Positions 12,745 through 25,850 of a DNA stretch of 64,000 nucleotides are shown here, piece after piece. Made by a program: the position numbers and the translations under genes. Location of the stretch: contig NMRA01000504.1 of the NCBI GenBank assembly GCA_002633005.1, positions 211,571 through 275,570 of the forward strand, read 5' to 3'. Under the pieces are notes generated by a model that saw only the letters and a list, made by a program, of their open reading frames with translations, made no database searches and was not told where the DNA came from. Numbering within the stretch: position 1 is the stretch's first letter; each line of letters begins with the position of its first letter. Source of the DNA: Phoronis australis. Taxonomy: Eukaryota > Animalia > Phoronida.

Positions 12745-14271
12745 GAAAACATACTACTATATTTCGATCTACCAGAAGAACAATACTAGTGTTAACCATC
12801 TGGAACTTGATTTGATATCACAACCTACATATGAACAACATACATTTCCAACGTTTCCGCACAGAATTCACTGCCATCATGTTCATTGTCACAATTAATT
12901 ATCTTTTTCCACATTGCGGTTCATAGTCAACTGTCACAGCTAGGGAACGAAACACCATTTAGTCTTGACATCCACGAACGCGATAAATATTTTCCATTAG
13001 GCTACAAATTTAAAGTTTTTTAACTACATAGCACACACTTTATATGTTTGTTCATCCACTCCATTGTTTATATTCATCATCATTGTCATCAAACGTTGTT
13101 TCTTGAGACATCATGTTCACAATCTCGACAGTCACACAACTTTGAACATGGCATGCCCGATTTCAAACAAGATCACACTTTTTTACTGCAACCACTCTTT
13201 TTATATTTGCAATTTATATTTTTCATGACATTTTCTGGGGCTAAAGGCAGAGTCATCCAATGGAAATTGAAACTTCCCTAATCCAAAAGTCACCCGTTAC
13301 CAACTGGAGATGGAGCATTGACATGCTGTTGCAAGGCTCGTTTGTGAATGGCACACTGGTAGTTTGCTCTTTCAGCATGTAACAGCAAACAACCATGATT
13401 AGGAGGCAGACATGATTCCATTACAGATTTCAACTTAAATATGTAGTAGCGTGTTTTGTTATTTGTTAATGATGAGTCGCCGTACAGGTTGCATACAAAC
13501 TGTTTAATGTCTTCTATGAGTTGACCAGGAAACGCAAAATAATGTTGAGCCCAAATTTAATGACAAAGTTTGAAAAATATCTCTGCAAGCGTGCACCCTA
13601 CCCGGAATAAAATTTTTTGTCAACCTGAATAGCGTTTCATCTAAACTCTTCAACCTTGTTACAGTAACCCTTTTTACTGAAACAGATAACCAAATGCTCT
13701 TCACTTTAGCACAGTACGGCCAACAAGTGAAATTTTATTTTGTCAAATGCTCAGCAAAAGTAAGCATTAAGAGAAATGAGCAGCATTACTAGCATTGATT
13801 GCACCGCACAGTTTCCAATTTAAGACATAGAAACATTTTTATCATCCTTAATACCGTAGTTCAGCCTTTGAAAATAGAGGAATGGTCATTTTGGCAATAG
13901 TTTTTCTGCGAAATTGAAAAGCGTCTTATTTACCGTATAACTAAAATTTCTTTTGACGCTTTCTGTTAGCGGATTTGCAGCGACGCCATATTGAAATTAG
14001 GTTAAAATGGTGCATTGTGGGTGTTGTGGTCAGGATTTCGAAAGTGGCCGTAGTAACAAGCATAATACACGGTATGAGCGCGAATAAAACTTACGCGGAT
14101 ACACTTGTTGTGTTCCTGGCTGCTTCAAAAACAACAAGAGAGATAAAAATCTAAGTTTTTATGTGTTCCCTGCAAACCAAGAACTTCGTGAAAAATAGAT
14201 AAACAACATTAAGAGAGCTGGGAGTAGGCCTAAGGGGAGATTTAGCGCATTCAAACCAACGCGGGGCCATC

Positions 14272-16617
14272 TAGTAGGCAACACGTAGCCCCTCGGTTGG
14301 CCATATAGGGGCTACAATATTTCCATTCGCTTTCTGTACTCATTTCGTTACTTCAGTGTATTTTAAACGGGCCGTGACCGGATTTGGGTTACCGATTTCG
14401 AGTTTTCACCTCGTCAAAATACATTCTACACTTAAAACTATCATTTAAAAAACGCTTACTTTCATCATTGGTCCTTTCTACTTCTATACATATCTTTGAT
14501 GAAGCTTATTTGTGAGAATTATGTTGACTTTGGCGAAGAATTACAACTCCACTTTTTTGGTTGCCGTTAAAGGAGCATGCCACCCCAAAAAACAACCTAA
14601 TTTGTATCAATTTAGATCGAGTAGTTCTACTCCATAACGACACGTACGGTTGCGTTACCTGACACCTGACGGCAGACGGAGGTGTTGAAATTGTCCAATG
14701 ACGTCATCGGTTTCACATGCAGTCTGTTCAGCAGTTCACAACACGGGTTACTGGTGTCAGCTTATCGCTTGAAGTCATCGTTTAACACCAATAAATCATA
14801 AAACTTCGATGTAAAACCCTTGAAAATGCACCGAGTTCTTATAAAAACGTGTTGTTTTATTTCGCTCTTACGGATTTATTGGTATTTGGACACACCGTAG
14901 CCTAGAAAGTTCGGCAGGCCAATAAGGTCCGTGGCAGGAGTTTGGGGTCTGTTCGGAGATAATTTCGAAGTATTTTCCGTGAGATACAGACAGTAGAACC
15001 TAGATATGTGTTGTTTAGACTTGTGATTTTTTGAGTTCTAAACACAAAACGCTTGTTATCCTGGCCAGTTGGTCGGAGCCCGATCAGGCCCGTCGCCGGA
15101 GTTGACTCCGCCGTTATCCCGGCCAGTGGCTCGGAAACTGATCAGACATCACGAACATGAACCAGCCAAAGTTCAGTGGAAACTAAACTTCCAGTCAAGA
15201 AAATATTATACTAGTGAGCCAAAGTAATGTGCACGTGATTATGTTGGTGAATTAGCCACGAAACTGCAGATGTTGTACATAGACAATTATTATTTTAGTA
15301 ATGTAAATGTAAACAAAGATTCCCCTAACACCTGGCCGTGGGATAGAAATCGAGTTGTTTCACAACAGTTTCTGCCAGCAAACACTAAATTAGCATGAGC
15401 TCATACGACCTCAGTGTCCCGTCAATTAGTTTTGTTGCACCTAAAGCCGGTAACGCGGTGATTTATTCATTGCTGGCTTCTCAAATCATTTGCACTCAAG
15501 AACACTCCAAAGGCATTACAAATTGCATCTAATGAGACAGACTTTGTTCCAGTTTTATATTAGTTAGGGTGAAAATAATTCATTTTGAAGCAAAACGCTC
15601 AGTAATAAACGTCAACACGGCAACTCCCAATCCCGACTTAGGACGAGCTAGAGCTCATCAGTCCCGACTTCGCAGGTGGATCGTTAAGTTTTACAGGCAA
15701 TCAATTCGAACACGAATACAGTGATGAAGAAATACTAGAGAGGCACCGTGAAAAAGCTCAGGCAACGGAACGTATGGAGTTATTTGGTAAGCCAGCATTC
15801 GTCAGGCACAGTCGACGTCTGCAGGCCACAGACACGGAGATGTTTCACGGCCTCATACTTGCTATTTACAGCGTGCATTCAATTCTTTGCTACCATGAAC
15901 CACTTCCTAAGCATTTGGACTTTCAAGATAGTAAAAAAAAAACGATACACCCGCTTTCCTCGCAGCTGTTTAGTTCGGACAAGCGGGAACGATGCACCGC
16001 AACATAGCGGCATTCACTCTGCATATGAACCACTGACGTCGCTAGCGTCGTTTCTCACCTTCTTCACAGGCTAATGCGACACCTCTTGGCAAGGTAAGGT
16101 CGACCGTATGCGAGGCGATGTGGATATAGACCGATTTAAACGGCAAAAAAGACTAATTAAATCGGGTGGCATTCTCCTTTAATTTTATCACCGCGTTCGC
16201 GATAACCACAAAGCATGTCAACTGAATCACGTGAGTTAGGCAAAGGTTAGCGCGAGACTGAGCGAAGCGCGTGACGATAGCGCGCGACACTTGTCAAATA
16301 GCATGAGAAGGTATCGGGTGAAACTTGTAAGATGTATGTCCCTTGGACTTTTTATTCGTCAACATGCGTAATTTCACGTAAGTTCCTCAAAATGGCACTC
16401 GGTAACTGAGAGAAACTCGAGCAAACCGCGACAGATTTTCTTCGATTTGTTTGACTAAATTGTACCCAGAGTCGTGGTATGTGTTAATTATAACTCCGTG
16501 TTCCTATTTGCATGGTTCATTTGATTTTATTTGTTTTATTTTGAAATGAGTAACTTTTTGTGAGGATGTACTATCACCCCTGAAAGCCTGCGGCATCCAG
16601 TGCGATGTAATTGCCTA
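14272..16617. mobile_element. Non-autonomous DNA element with 9-bp TSD GGGGCCATC and TAG..CTA termini (Academ- or MULE-like)
   Basis: GGGGCCATC at 14263-14271 and 16618-16626; ends TAGTAGGCAA.. and ..TTGCCTA; removing it restores the THAP reading frame. Confidence 0.8.
14571..16178. mobile_element. Kolobok-like non-autonomous element with TTAA TSD
   Basis: TTAA|AGGAGCATGCCACCC ... GGGTGGCATTCTCCT|TTAA (15-bp TIR, one mismatch). Confidence 0.85.
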
Positions 16618-19600
16618 GGGGCCATCGTGTGTGCAGCCAACATTTTCCTGGTGGAAAAAAAGACGTATGAGAACAATATTCCGACGGAGTTTCCTCTTAA
16701 AATTAACGTCTCTAGCATATCCACGGTGAAAGCTAAAAAGTTAAGCAACCCAAGAACTCTCAACTTCTCTGAAACCGGAGGAGATTTCGAAATCAACGCT
16801 GATAGCCCCAATACTGAACATGACGACAGTCGTGCCCTCGGTCACACGGTCACTGATCATAGCTACGCTGTGTTTACAAACGAGAGAGAGGACATGCTTG
16901 GTATTATAAAGCAAAAAAATGAAACATAGTTTTTAGTTTGCAAATCACTCCAAGTGCACACACTATCCAGCCTGCTCAAGACATTCCTGACAACAAGCTA
17001 TCCCATGAGCCTTCGCGCAGGAAGTAACTCGCACATGCGCAATGCGCAGTTCGTTTGCTCTGTAAATCCGCAGAGTAAAAATTTTCCTACACTAAAAATT
17101 CTCAATTCAAGAATCTCCAAAATGTGAGACACTGAAATCTGAGCACATTTTTTTTTAAAAATAATGAATTACAGAACACGGGCAATATTTGTATTTTTAT
17201 ATTTCTCAAATTCCAAACACAGCTCAAGGTTTTACATAAAAGGGTCAGAAAATAGGCTTGGAAGTTCATAAAGAGCAGAGCTGATCACTCACATGTAGGT
17301 AAAAACTAGAGCCAGTATCTTTGAGATTGGGGCGGTTAATATTGTAAATTTATCAAGCAAACTAATTATTTTTTCTCTGTCCTAAACTAAAGATTTTTTA
17401 CCATAAATGATGGTTTTTCGAATTAAAAATAGGAAGGCCTATTTACAAGTAAATGTTTGGAAATGGATAGCTTTTCAAGTTTTCTTTTGTTTGTGAAGTT
17501 CTCTGTTATGGACTTTGATTTGTGGTGAATGATACATTGTGGTGGCAACACAGATACATTTCTTAGAGCACTGTTAAATGGAACTGACAGTGACAATCTC
17601 CTTCATTTTGTAGTAGTTTTAATATCGTTTCCTTCCTTGGTCTTTTTTTAAGAACTGTTTCAATTTTTGATACACCCATTAAGTGTCTGTAATACTGATT
17701 GTGATAGAATAACTTAGAAACTTCTCAGAAAGCCAATAACAAACGTAATATCTGAAAATTCCAGGAGCTCAGAATTTTGAGCAGAATCCGAGACATGAAT
17801 GCAACAAGGAGCAGACATCTTGCCAGTCTCATGTGAAGTCGCACACTCATTCAATAATTCATGGTTTCAGCATTGTCCTAGCTGGCCCAAAACTGCTGTT
17901 TGAGGAAGCACAAAATGATTCAGGAACATGCCAAGAATTGTATGTACGTCAGTATGATGACACTTGCCACTTGACTTGGCTTTCCTCAATTCCAATCTAC
18001 TGCCTGCTGGTTTATGAGCCTTGACTCTTGGTAATTGCCAATTACTTGCACACCCATCCAAGAATTAACACTTTTCAATGTAGACAGTAGCTGTAAACAA
18101 GTTAGCCAAGCCAACAGGACAACATCAGTTGGCTGTCCTCTGATGAATGCTTTGATGAAGCAGACAACTAGCGAATGGGAAAGATACGGACACAATATTT
18201 TCCTGGCATTTTTGATTGGCTGTTCAGATCATTTTGCACTGACACCTGGTGGCTAACATATTAGTATAGGCTAAATTTTTTCCAACTTTTAAATTAAAAT
18301 TATTACTAAACGTGCAAGTGTACCCTTGAGAACTTTTTTGAAATTGACTTTTGAACATCTGTAGATGGGTTTAATGCCCCCCAAAAGTATCCACGGAGAT
18401 AGGAGAGCTGGGATTACTGCTTATAGTATTCCTGAAACTTTGGCGATAAATGTGACGTTTTCCCAAACAAATGAGTAAATTAATTATATCTCTTTCACGT
18501 GGTATACCCACGAAACATCCTTCAACGAGAGAATAAGTACAGTCTGGGTTTTTGAAAATAAGCATTGAATTATAGCAGACCAGAAAGATTTCGTCAGGTT
18601 ACAATCCCGGTAAACGTGCAAAGATCCGACTCTTAGACACAAATTTTGACCAGAGCCTCGTTTGTGACGCCGATTCGATGAAGAAAACTTATCTGAAACC
18701 ACTTTAATCGCGAATCATCAGTAAATTTAAGGAAACAATCATAAATTTCCCAAAACGTACCATTCAGATGAATCACGAAGGTTTATTTGTGATTCCCACT
18801 TCAGCTCATGGAAATGCCTTCAATTTATTGGGAAATGCGTTTATTCGCAATATATGCTAACGTTTTTGTGAAATTTGGCAGGCTTATAGAAGATTATATA
18901 TTTCTGAAATCTTTGTTAAAATGAACAAATGCGCGCACAAGCCCATAAAAACCCTAAATGGTTGTGAGACACCATACCTGTTACAAAATGAAGTGAAAGA
19001 AATAAAGTCCATCCGAGACAACCAAATCCTTCATATAAGTACTTATGCAAAACATTGTTGCCTCATTAACGGTTATGATTCCTTGTCGGTGTCCCCAATT
19101 TGGGCGAAGTAAGCAAACACCTCTGATCAAAACAAGTTTGTCATTTTATGTGAACATATATCGTAAAAAGCACCTCCAAAATGTAAAAGTTTTGATCACA
19201 CAATAAATGATATTGCAAAAGTAATCTTTTCAAAAACATCATTTGTTGAAATAAGAGTGTAGAACCAATATAGCTTAAGAGATGTGATAAAATATTCAAT
19301 GTCAGTCATTTTACATCCTCCTTGTGGAAAAAAAATTGTGTTGTTCCATTTCAGTTCTTTTTATTCTATAATTATTTTCATCCCAAACAAACCTGACAAA
19401 CATTAGTTCAAGTCGTTCAATCAATTGTCTGGATGGCGATGGCAAAACAAGGAGCAAGAAGGGTGTTAAGAACAGCCCCATCCAAAGACTTGTCTGCGGA
19501 TTTATACAGAGAGAGATAGAAAGACAATACGTTTATTAATTTATACAACAGATTAGTGAAATACAATAAAGGAAAAAACACATTTGAATAAATATTTTTA

Positions 19601-21444
19601 TGTAAGCCGGAGATCCTCGACTGCAAAACCGGCTTCAATGAGGACCACCGTACAACACAGTAGAATATAGCATAAAACATGCAAGGAATAGAAGAAATGG
19701 GACAATAATTATTCATTATTCATACATTTGACATTCGATTAGAAAGCTGGCATAAGAAATCAATGGTATAAGCATTTCAATAAATAATCAAATTAATAAA
19801 TAGATTTTTCTACTTCCGTTAAATGCTTAGATTTGTCAGTTACTATTCGATTACTCGAAGTGACTATTTTTGTTACATTTTGATGATGTAATTTCTTTTT
19901 TCCAAGCTGAAAAAGTATTCGGTAGGCTATTTTTAAATACCCACAATGTCGCCAGTATTCTTTTGATTAGAGTCACTCATCCCAGTAATAACGAGATAAA
20001 TTCTGCGGCAATATTACTGAAGGTCACCAAGTAAATCACTTTCCATTTCTCGTGCCTGCAACTAACAATCCTCCCGGAGTTTTGATATCTGGCCTTCAAG
20101 AGATTGTTGTTTTGTCGTTTTCTCCAAGTTCCTGGTCGTACTGCATGTCCAGAACTTTGGCATATCAGCAGTTAATTTATTAATCATAGGTTCCAGCCTG
20201 ACTTTCTAAAACCTCTCTGAGGTGGTGGAGTGTTACAACTATTATTAAAATCTCTTGGTCTATTTACACCGACCTCTTGTCTATTTACACTGTCACGACG
20301 TTTCGGTCGGTCTATTCTCCAGCCATCGTCAGGTGTTCCCGCGTTCTTAGAAGAACGAGCACGGATATGTGGTACACTCAGCATGTTCTTAAACATTCCC
20401 AGTACCTCAGTATCCATCAGTAGCCTAGTTCTTTCAAAACCTACTTCAAGCCTTGAATGTGTTCAGGTTTCATACCCGAGGGCGTTTTCTTTAGACTAAA
20501 TGATTCCATTATCGGTTACTTCATGAGGCAGATATTCTAAGTTCACACGAATCTTTAGGTGGCATTCCTTTTTCTGCTGGTAGTTGGAGTCAGTTGGATT
20601 TGGTTATTCATGCGGATACAGTTTTCACACAAAAGTCCAGTCCGATAAAAATTGCAACGAATACACGCCGGGGACAGCAATGCAGAGCTTAGAAATCCGG
20701 TCTTCCCGCCATGAGAGTCATTTGAACAGTCCCAGTAGTATATTCTTTACAATGTGGTAAATGCTTCAGGAATTCTTACCCTAGATGAAAGAACATGACT
20801 TTTGGAAAGGGTAAAAATGTAGTCGAAATACGAGAGTCACAAAATAATGTTAAAGTAGTGGTTCATGGTTTCAGAAAGATGGCTTTAATTTGAAATATTG
20901 AAGGAGGACTTCATTCCTTTTACGGTCTAAGTAATGTAATCACCGTCGAAATTAATGATCACAAATTTGTTTCAGAGTTTCCCTTGCCATGGAAGTAGTT
21001 GGACGCTATCAACAAAAGGAACTGAAGGGTCATCAGTCATTGACTTAAAACTACATGTCCAAGTTTGTACAGGCTGGGCAACAGTCGTGAAAAGTAAAAT
21101 GGCTTCTTTACACTTCTTTTACTTTCCGACTACACATTGTTTTTATCATGATGTACTGAAATGTGACCGACATCGTATTTTGTGTCCTTGAGTAACTTAC
21201 GTCATAACTACCAATTCAGACAGTGCATGGGTAGAAAGAAATGGTCCTTTAATAGGTCCTATATGAAAACATGCACTTTGAGTACATCAGACTGGTATAA
21301 TAATTTGCCAAACATTCAGACTTATGTCCCCTAATCGTCATATCAATTTGGGGGCACATGTACGTGTACATCATTGTAGGGAATTTCTCACTGACAACAG
21401 TACGCGAACTTGAATTTTGCTCTTTTCCCCAATTTCTTGGAAAA

Positions 21445-22560
21445 TTAGTAGTAAAAATTAAAGATATACTTACCTTTGGATGGTTCTGAAGCAGAATTGC
21501 ATTGCCCCGGTTCATGCTGAAGCAATCCTAAAGTACCCATGGAGAGGTTCCTTGAACGGACCTCAACGACGGATGCGTTCGAATTCGTCCCACTCTTGGC
21601 TGCTGGCATGCTAAACGAGCCCGTTTCATTATAGACGCTTCCAGAAAAAATGACGCTACGACTTCTGAAGACTTGAACGATTGCCCTGAACAATCCTTTA
21701 AGATCTTTTCTGAACTTCTTTCCGCTTAAGCAGTAAACATAGAAGTTTCCTGCGTGGTTCAAAGGCGCAAGTATAACCACATATCTGTGAAGAATGAAGA
21801 TAGAGGGATCGGTGGTAAGACGAAGCACGAATTGAACGGACACGTATGGAAGTGACATCATAAGAAAAAAGGCAGACGATCCGAGAAGTATGTGGATAGC
21901 CTTTGTGGAAGGGTTGTTACGCGGATATTTTCCGCTCATCGCTGGCCAGTTCACTTTCAAGCGATATATAACGATCGAATTGAAAATTATGAGAATAATA
22001 CTCGGACCGAGAGAATAAGACAGTAGTCGAACCCATTCCATCACAGCGAATATTTCCGAATACGTCTGCGGAACGATGCAACGAGAACTCGATGACGTTT
22101 GTGTCCAGAAGAGGTGCGCATTGACAGCAAGCGAGTAGACGCATATTGTCAAAACAAAACAAACGGCAATCTTTTTACGGCAATATAGCACGGCGAGTAG
22201 AGGGAATCTCAGGGCGACTAATCGATCTAGCGAAAAGCCAACTAATATCCAGGATGATGCCAACGAACTGGCTTTAGTCAGCCAAAGAGAAAATGAACAG
22301 AAAAAAGCGTTCTTCAGCAAAAAAGCTGGAACTAATACACTCTGTTCTGAGAAACGCAAAAGAAAACATGTCTCAGTCAATATGTCGGTTGTTGTTAAAC
22401 TAATCAAAAATACATCAACAGACTTGTTGCGTTTTCGGCGTAGAAACACTGCCAAGGCGATTAAATTTCCAGCAAGTCCGAGAGACGGAACAATAAACGT
22501 GCTAAGAATACTGAAGTAGCGTGATGCATGTATATACTGAATGGAACTCGAGTTATTCAT
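21445..22560 (-). CDS. Class A (rhodopsin-like) GPCR, FMRFamide/sex-peptide-receptor-like orphan peptide GPCR group
   Basis: 371-aa ORF with seven hydrophobic segments, N-terminal NNSS glycosylation sites, GLAGN (TM1), LTTTD (TM2), SLDRLVALRFP (TM3), LPY (TM6), NHAGNFYVYCLSGKKFR (TM7/helix 8). The true C-terminus may be spliced at 21474. Confidence 0.92.
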   Translation of the reverse strand: MNNSSSIQYIHASRYFSILSTFIVPSLGLAGNLIALAVFLRRKRNKSVDVFLISLTTTDILTETCFLLRFSEQSVLVPAFLLKNAFFCSFSLWLTKASSLASSWILVGFSLDRLVALRFPLLAVLYCRKKIAVCFVLTICVYSLAVNAHLFWTQTSSSSRCIVPQTYSEIFAVMEWVRLLSYSLGPSIILIIFNSIVIYRLKVNWPAMSGKYPRNNPSTKAIHILLGSSAFFLMMSLPYVSVQFVLRLTTDPSIFILHRYVVILAPLNHAGNFYVYCLSGKKFRKDLKGLFRAIVQVFRSRSVIFSGSVYNETGSFSMPAAKSGTNSNASVVEVRSRNLSMGTLGLLQHEPGQCNSASEPSKGKYIFNFYY

Positions 22561-25500
22561 TTCTGACAGCAGGTGATATCTGCTTCCTTACGTTCTTCGC
22601 ATGAGTATATTAACATAATAACAGGATGAACGAGCGGACGTCGGAGGGGGGGAGGGGGGGGGTAAGTAGGAAAGAGCGTTGCTTTGCTATGCGTAAGCCG
22701 TCGCACTCTACTAGAACTGAATCTCTCTGTCTTTAGTGCTACCATTGTCTGAGAACACACTAAGTCCACATTAGGTATCTGGCGTACGTGCACCTACCAG
22801 GCGACATTTCATAACGTTCCATGCATTATGCCGAATGATTTTTTAAAAAATACTTAAAATCTGGAAAATTGGAAGTTTGTCAGCAACCATGACGAACATT
22901 TCAGACTATTAAACTCCGAGATGTGAGAAAGAGTACCTGCATTGAAACACCTTGAGACACAGCAACTTAGCCTGTTTCAGGCTAGGAGTTTAATGGTTTT
23001 ATCTCTCAAGCTGGCAGTTGATTTGCAGTCACCAGGTGGCCTGGCACAGTCACCAGGTGGTGAAACCATTGGGTGAGACCGTTTCGTTGGCCAGCGTGAA
23101 CTCCGCTGACCTAGAACTCTGAACTGTCGTGGACATCGACATTTCATCAGTTAATCCGGTCAATTTCGGGAAAAAGAAGATAACTTACGAGGAGGGGAGC
23201 ACTGAGATCAGTGAAATGAAGCTGAGTCAGCAAAAGCAGAAATGGTTGCCTTGCATTGCTCTTTGCGCCCGATAGTACGAGATAATATCGTCTGCTTTTT
23301 TGGCTGAATATGCCGCGTGCGGAAGCAATCTGACCGAATTGAATTAGGACGCTATAGTCTTGGCTTACCACTGAAGTAGGCCTAAATGGGGACGAGATGA
23401 CAAAAAAGTTCCGTGTAAAACCATCAGAGCAGCAGGATTTGTTTCCTTTTAAAGCCGCTATTAATAATCAAAACGTCAAATTTCTTCTAAGGTGTGTTAT
23501 TTTGTTCTTCCAAAGCAACGTCATGTCTTCTTACTCGAATTTCCCTGACCGCCGTCTGACGGGACTAACCCGCCGGTCCACGACCGAAGCGATAACGACC
23601 AGCTTGTTCTTCTCAACCTGGCCTAAAATTATTTCTAATCTGAGTAAGGAACAAGAGGATGATACTGATTTTATCTCAGAGGGTTGCAGAAGGCGTGGGT
23701 TCAAGTTATTGCCTTTTACAAATTGAATATAAAAAGTTGCAGTTTTCACAACAGCGTAAAAAGCTCCTTAATCCGCGTTCCAATACATATAAGCGTGCTT
23801 TTGCTTACCCGCGGCGCTATAAAACTATACTCAGCATATTCCTAATTGAGAAGAGCGGATTCTAGGATTGCAAAGAACTGACAATTCGTCATTTCGCGAG
23901 ACCATGATCGGCATACCGACACAGTGATAAGCCAACTTGCAGGCATTCCGCTACCAGTACGGTTAGATGTAAACCCCCGGCAAAGCGCCAGAAAAAAAAA
24001 CGTGCGAGATGCGTGAATGTTTAAAGCTAGGTATATTGACTTCATGTATTTCAGTGTTGCCTGGCTCGCAATACTATTCACTTTAGCCGCCGCCATTATT
24101 GTGTTGTGGACCGTAGCGACGCTTAGCTGGTATGTGTGTGCGTCGACGAAGAACGCGAGGCGTTGACTATGGCCGATTTCAGTTCGTCAGGCTTGGAAAC
24201 GAAGGTGTGTCAATAATGCTGAGTTCTGAATGGCCAGTTAAGTCGTCACTCAAAATCCTGGAGATAGGTCAATTGTGAAGTGTCTTTGTTTAACATATTG
24301 AAAACATGAAACATGAGAAGTGTAATGAAAAAATATACATAGGCAAAATATAGAGTAAACGAAGAAAAAATTGGGCAGCAAAGGTAATATAAATTACGGG
24401 AAATACATCCGAAGGAAGAGGGTGTATCAGTAATGAGAGGTGAGCAGGTGAAAGTAGGTGACTGGAGGGTGGGCAGGTACAGAACCTGAATGTAGGATTT
24501 TTTCCAGAGGGGGGCAAGGAAATAATAAACACAAGATAGATCTGCTGAAGAAGAAGTAGGAGCAAAGACGATAGGGGCGCCCCTTAACCAAATGGTTGGG
24601 GGCGGTGATAGCTTTCTTCCTCCAATATTCCAGGTGTTAATACCATTTAATTAACAAGTAACCATTAAAATTTTCAACGCACAAACTTTGTTTTAAAATA
24701 AAATTAAAAAATTAACTGAGTCTCCTCCCCCCAACCATCAAATGTTTCCTACGCCAATGTCCAAAACTCAATGCCCTCAGTGCCATCTAAACACGGGTCC
24801 AGATTTTTGTTCCGAAAATTCACACCTTAAGGTACGTAAGTTACATTCAAGCAGGGGGGACTGTGCCCAGTTACACGAAACAGTGCCGAATATCGACTCC
24901 AGGGACAGAACCAGGATATTTTAAAAGGGTTGGGGGGTTGGATCAAATATTTTTTAAGAAGGATGTCCCAAGTCACCAATTTGAAAATTCTAGCTTTGAT
25001 ATACTAACATCAAGGGAAAATGGGGGGTCCGGACCCCATTGACCCCCCACCTCCCTGGGTCCGTCTGTGCTCAGCTGAATTACCTAAATCTTTTGCATAT
25101 TTTTTCGCTCTTTACTCACAGTACTTTGCTATGATTTTATCTTTATTACGAGCTCCTCTTTTGACTTATGACGTTTTCTAATAATATAACTAAAAACTGA
25201 GCCCTTAATTCAGTCAAAATATTTAGGGACTTAGTCTTTAAATTAGGGATGTTGCATGAAAATATCCCTACTTATTTTCAATATTTAGAATTCAGCGTAG
25301 AAAACTCATAAATACGCAAGACTTTTACAGAACACAGTGGAGTCGCTAATTGGGACTGATTCACTTGACCCTCAGCAACCATGTCTGATGGTATCTGACA
25401 TGGGTAGCGAATTGACTGAGGTGGGTTGTGGTAAATGAAACTGAAGATAAAGGGGTAGGGGCTGAATACCAGCAACAGATGGAATTATTGCCTGCAGTCC

Positions 25501-25656
25501 AGTAAACCTGCCTTGTATGCCCCCATAAAACAGCCAAGGTGACTATTGAATTACACAGTCCATTTGGTGTTTCGTAGTTTTTTTACTATGCTTTCCAGCT
25601 CTCTTAAACCATTCAAATTTATTATATTTTTAAATTAACTATCAGTAGTTTGTTAA

Positions 25657-25850
25657 AGGCACATTCGGCAGGTGAAAGTGGCCAACTTCAAAGTAAATAA
25701 CATAAGGACGCCTTATATCCTGACTTGATGTTTTAAGACCCGTGTGAAAACAAAAATCTAAGCAATCGACATCCTCACTGAGTGTGACGGGCTTTCCAAG
25801 GTAACACACATACTACCGAAGTACCCACCGATGTAGGGATCAATATGCCT
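25657..25850. mobile_element. Short Kolobok-like MITE with TTAA TSD
   Basis: TTAA|AGGCACATT ... AATATGCCT|TTAA. Confidence 0.65.

Larger units (their letters stand above)
14097..16929 (+). pseudogene. Split THAP zinc-finger pseudogene (14097-14271 joined to 16627-16929)
   Basis: [39 protein letters not shown]...FKPTRGH then, after the insertion, RVCSQHFPGGKK(frameshift)TYENNIPTEFP...DHSY. C2CH ligands are present and the conserved Trp is a TAG at 14196. Confidence 0.85.
13969..17071 (+). mobile_element. Decayed THAP-domain DNA transposon (Harbinger/ISL2EU-like, tentative) interrupted by nested insertions
   Basis: Candidate 12-bp TIRs GCGGATTTGCAG / CTGTAAATCCGC flank the split THAP coding sequence. 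No clear TSD seen. Confidence 0.55.
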
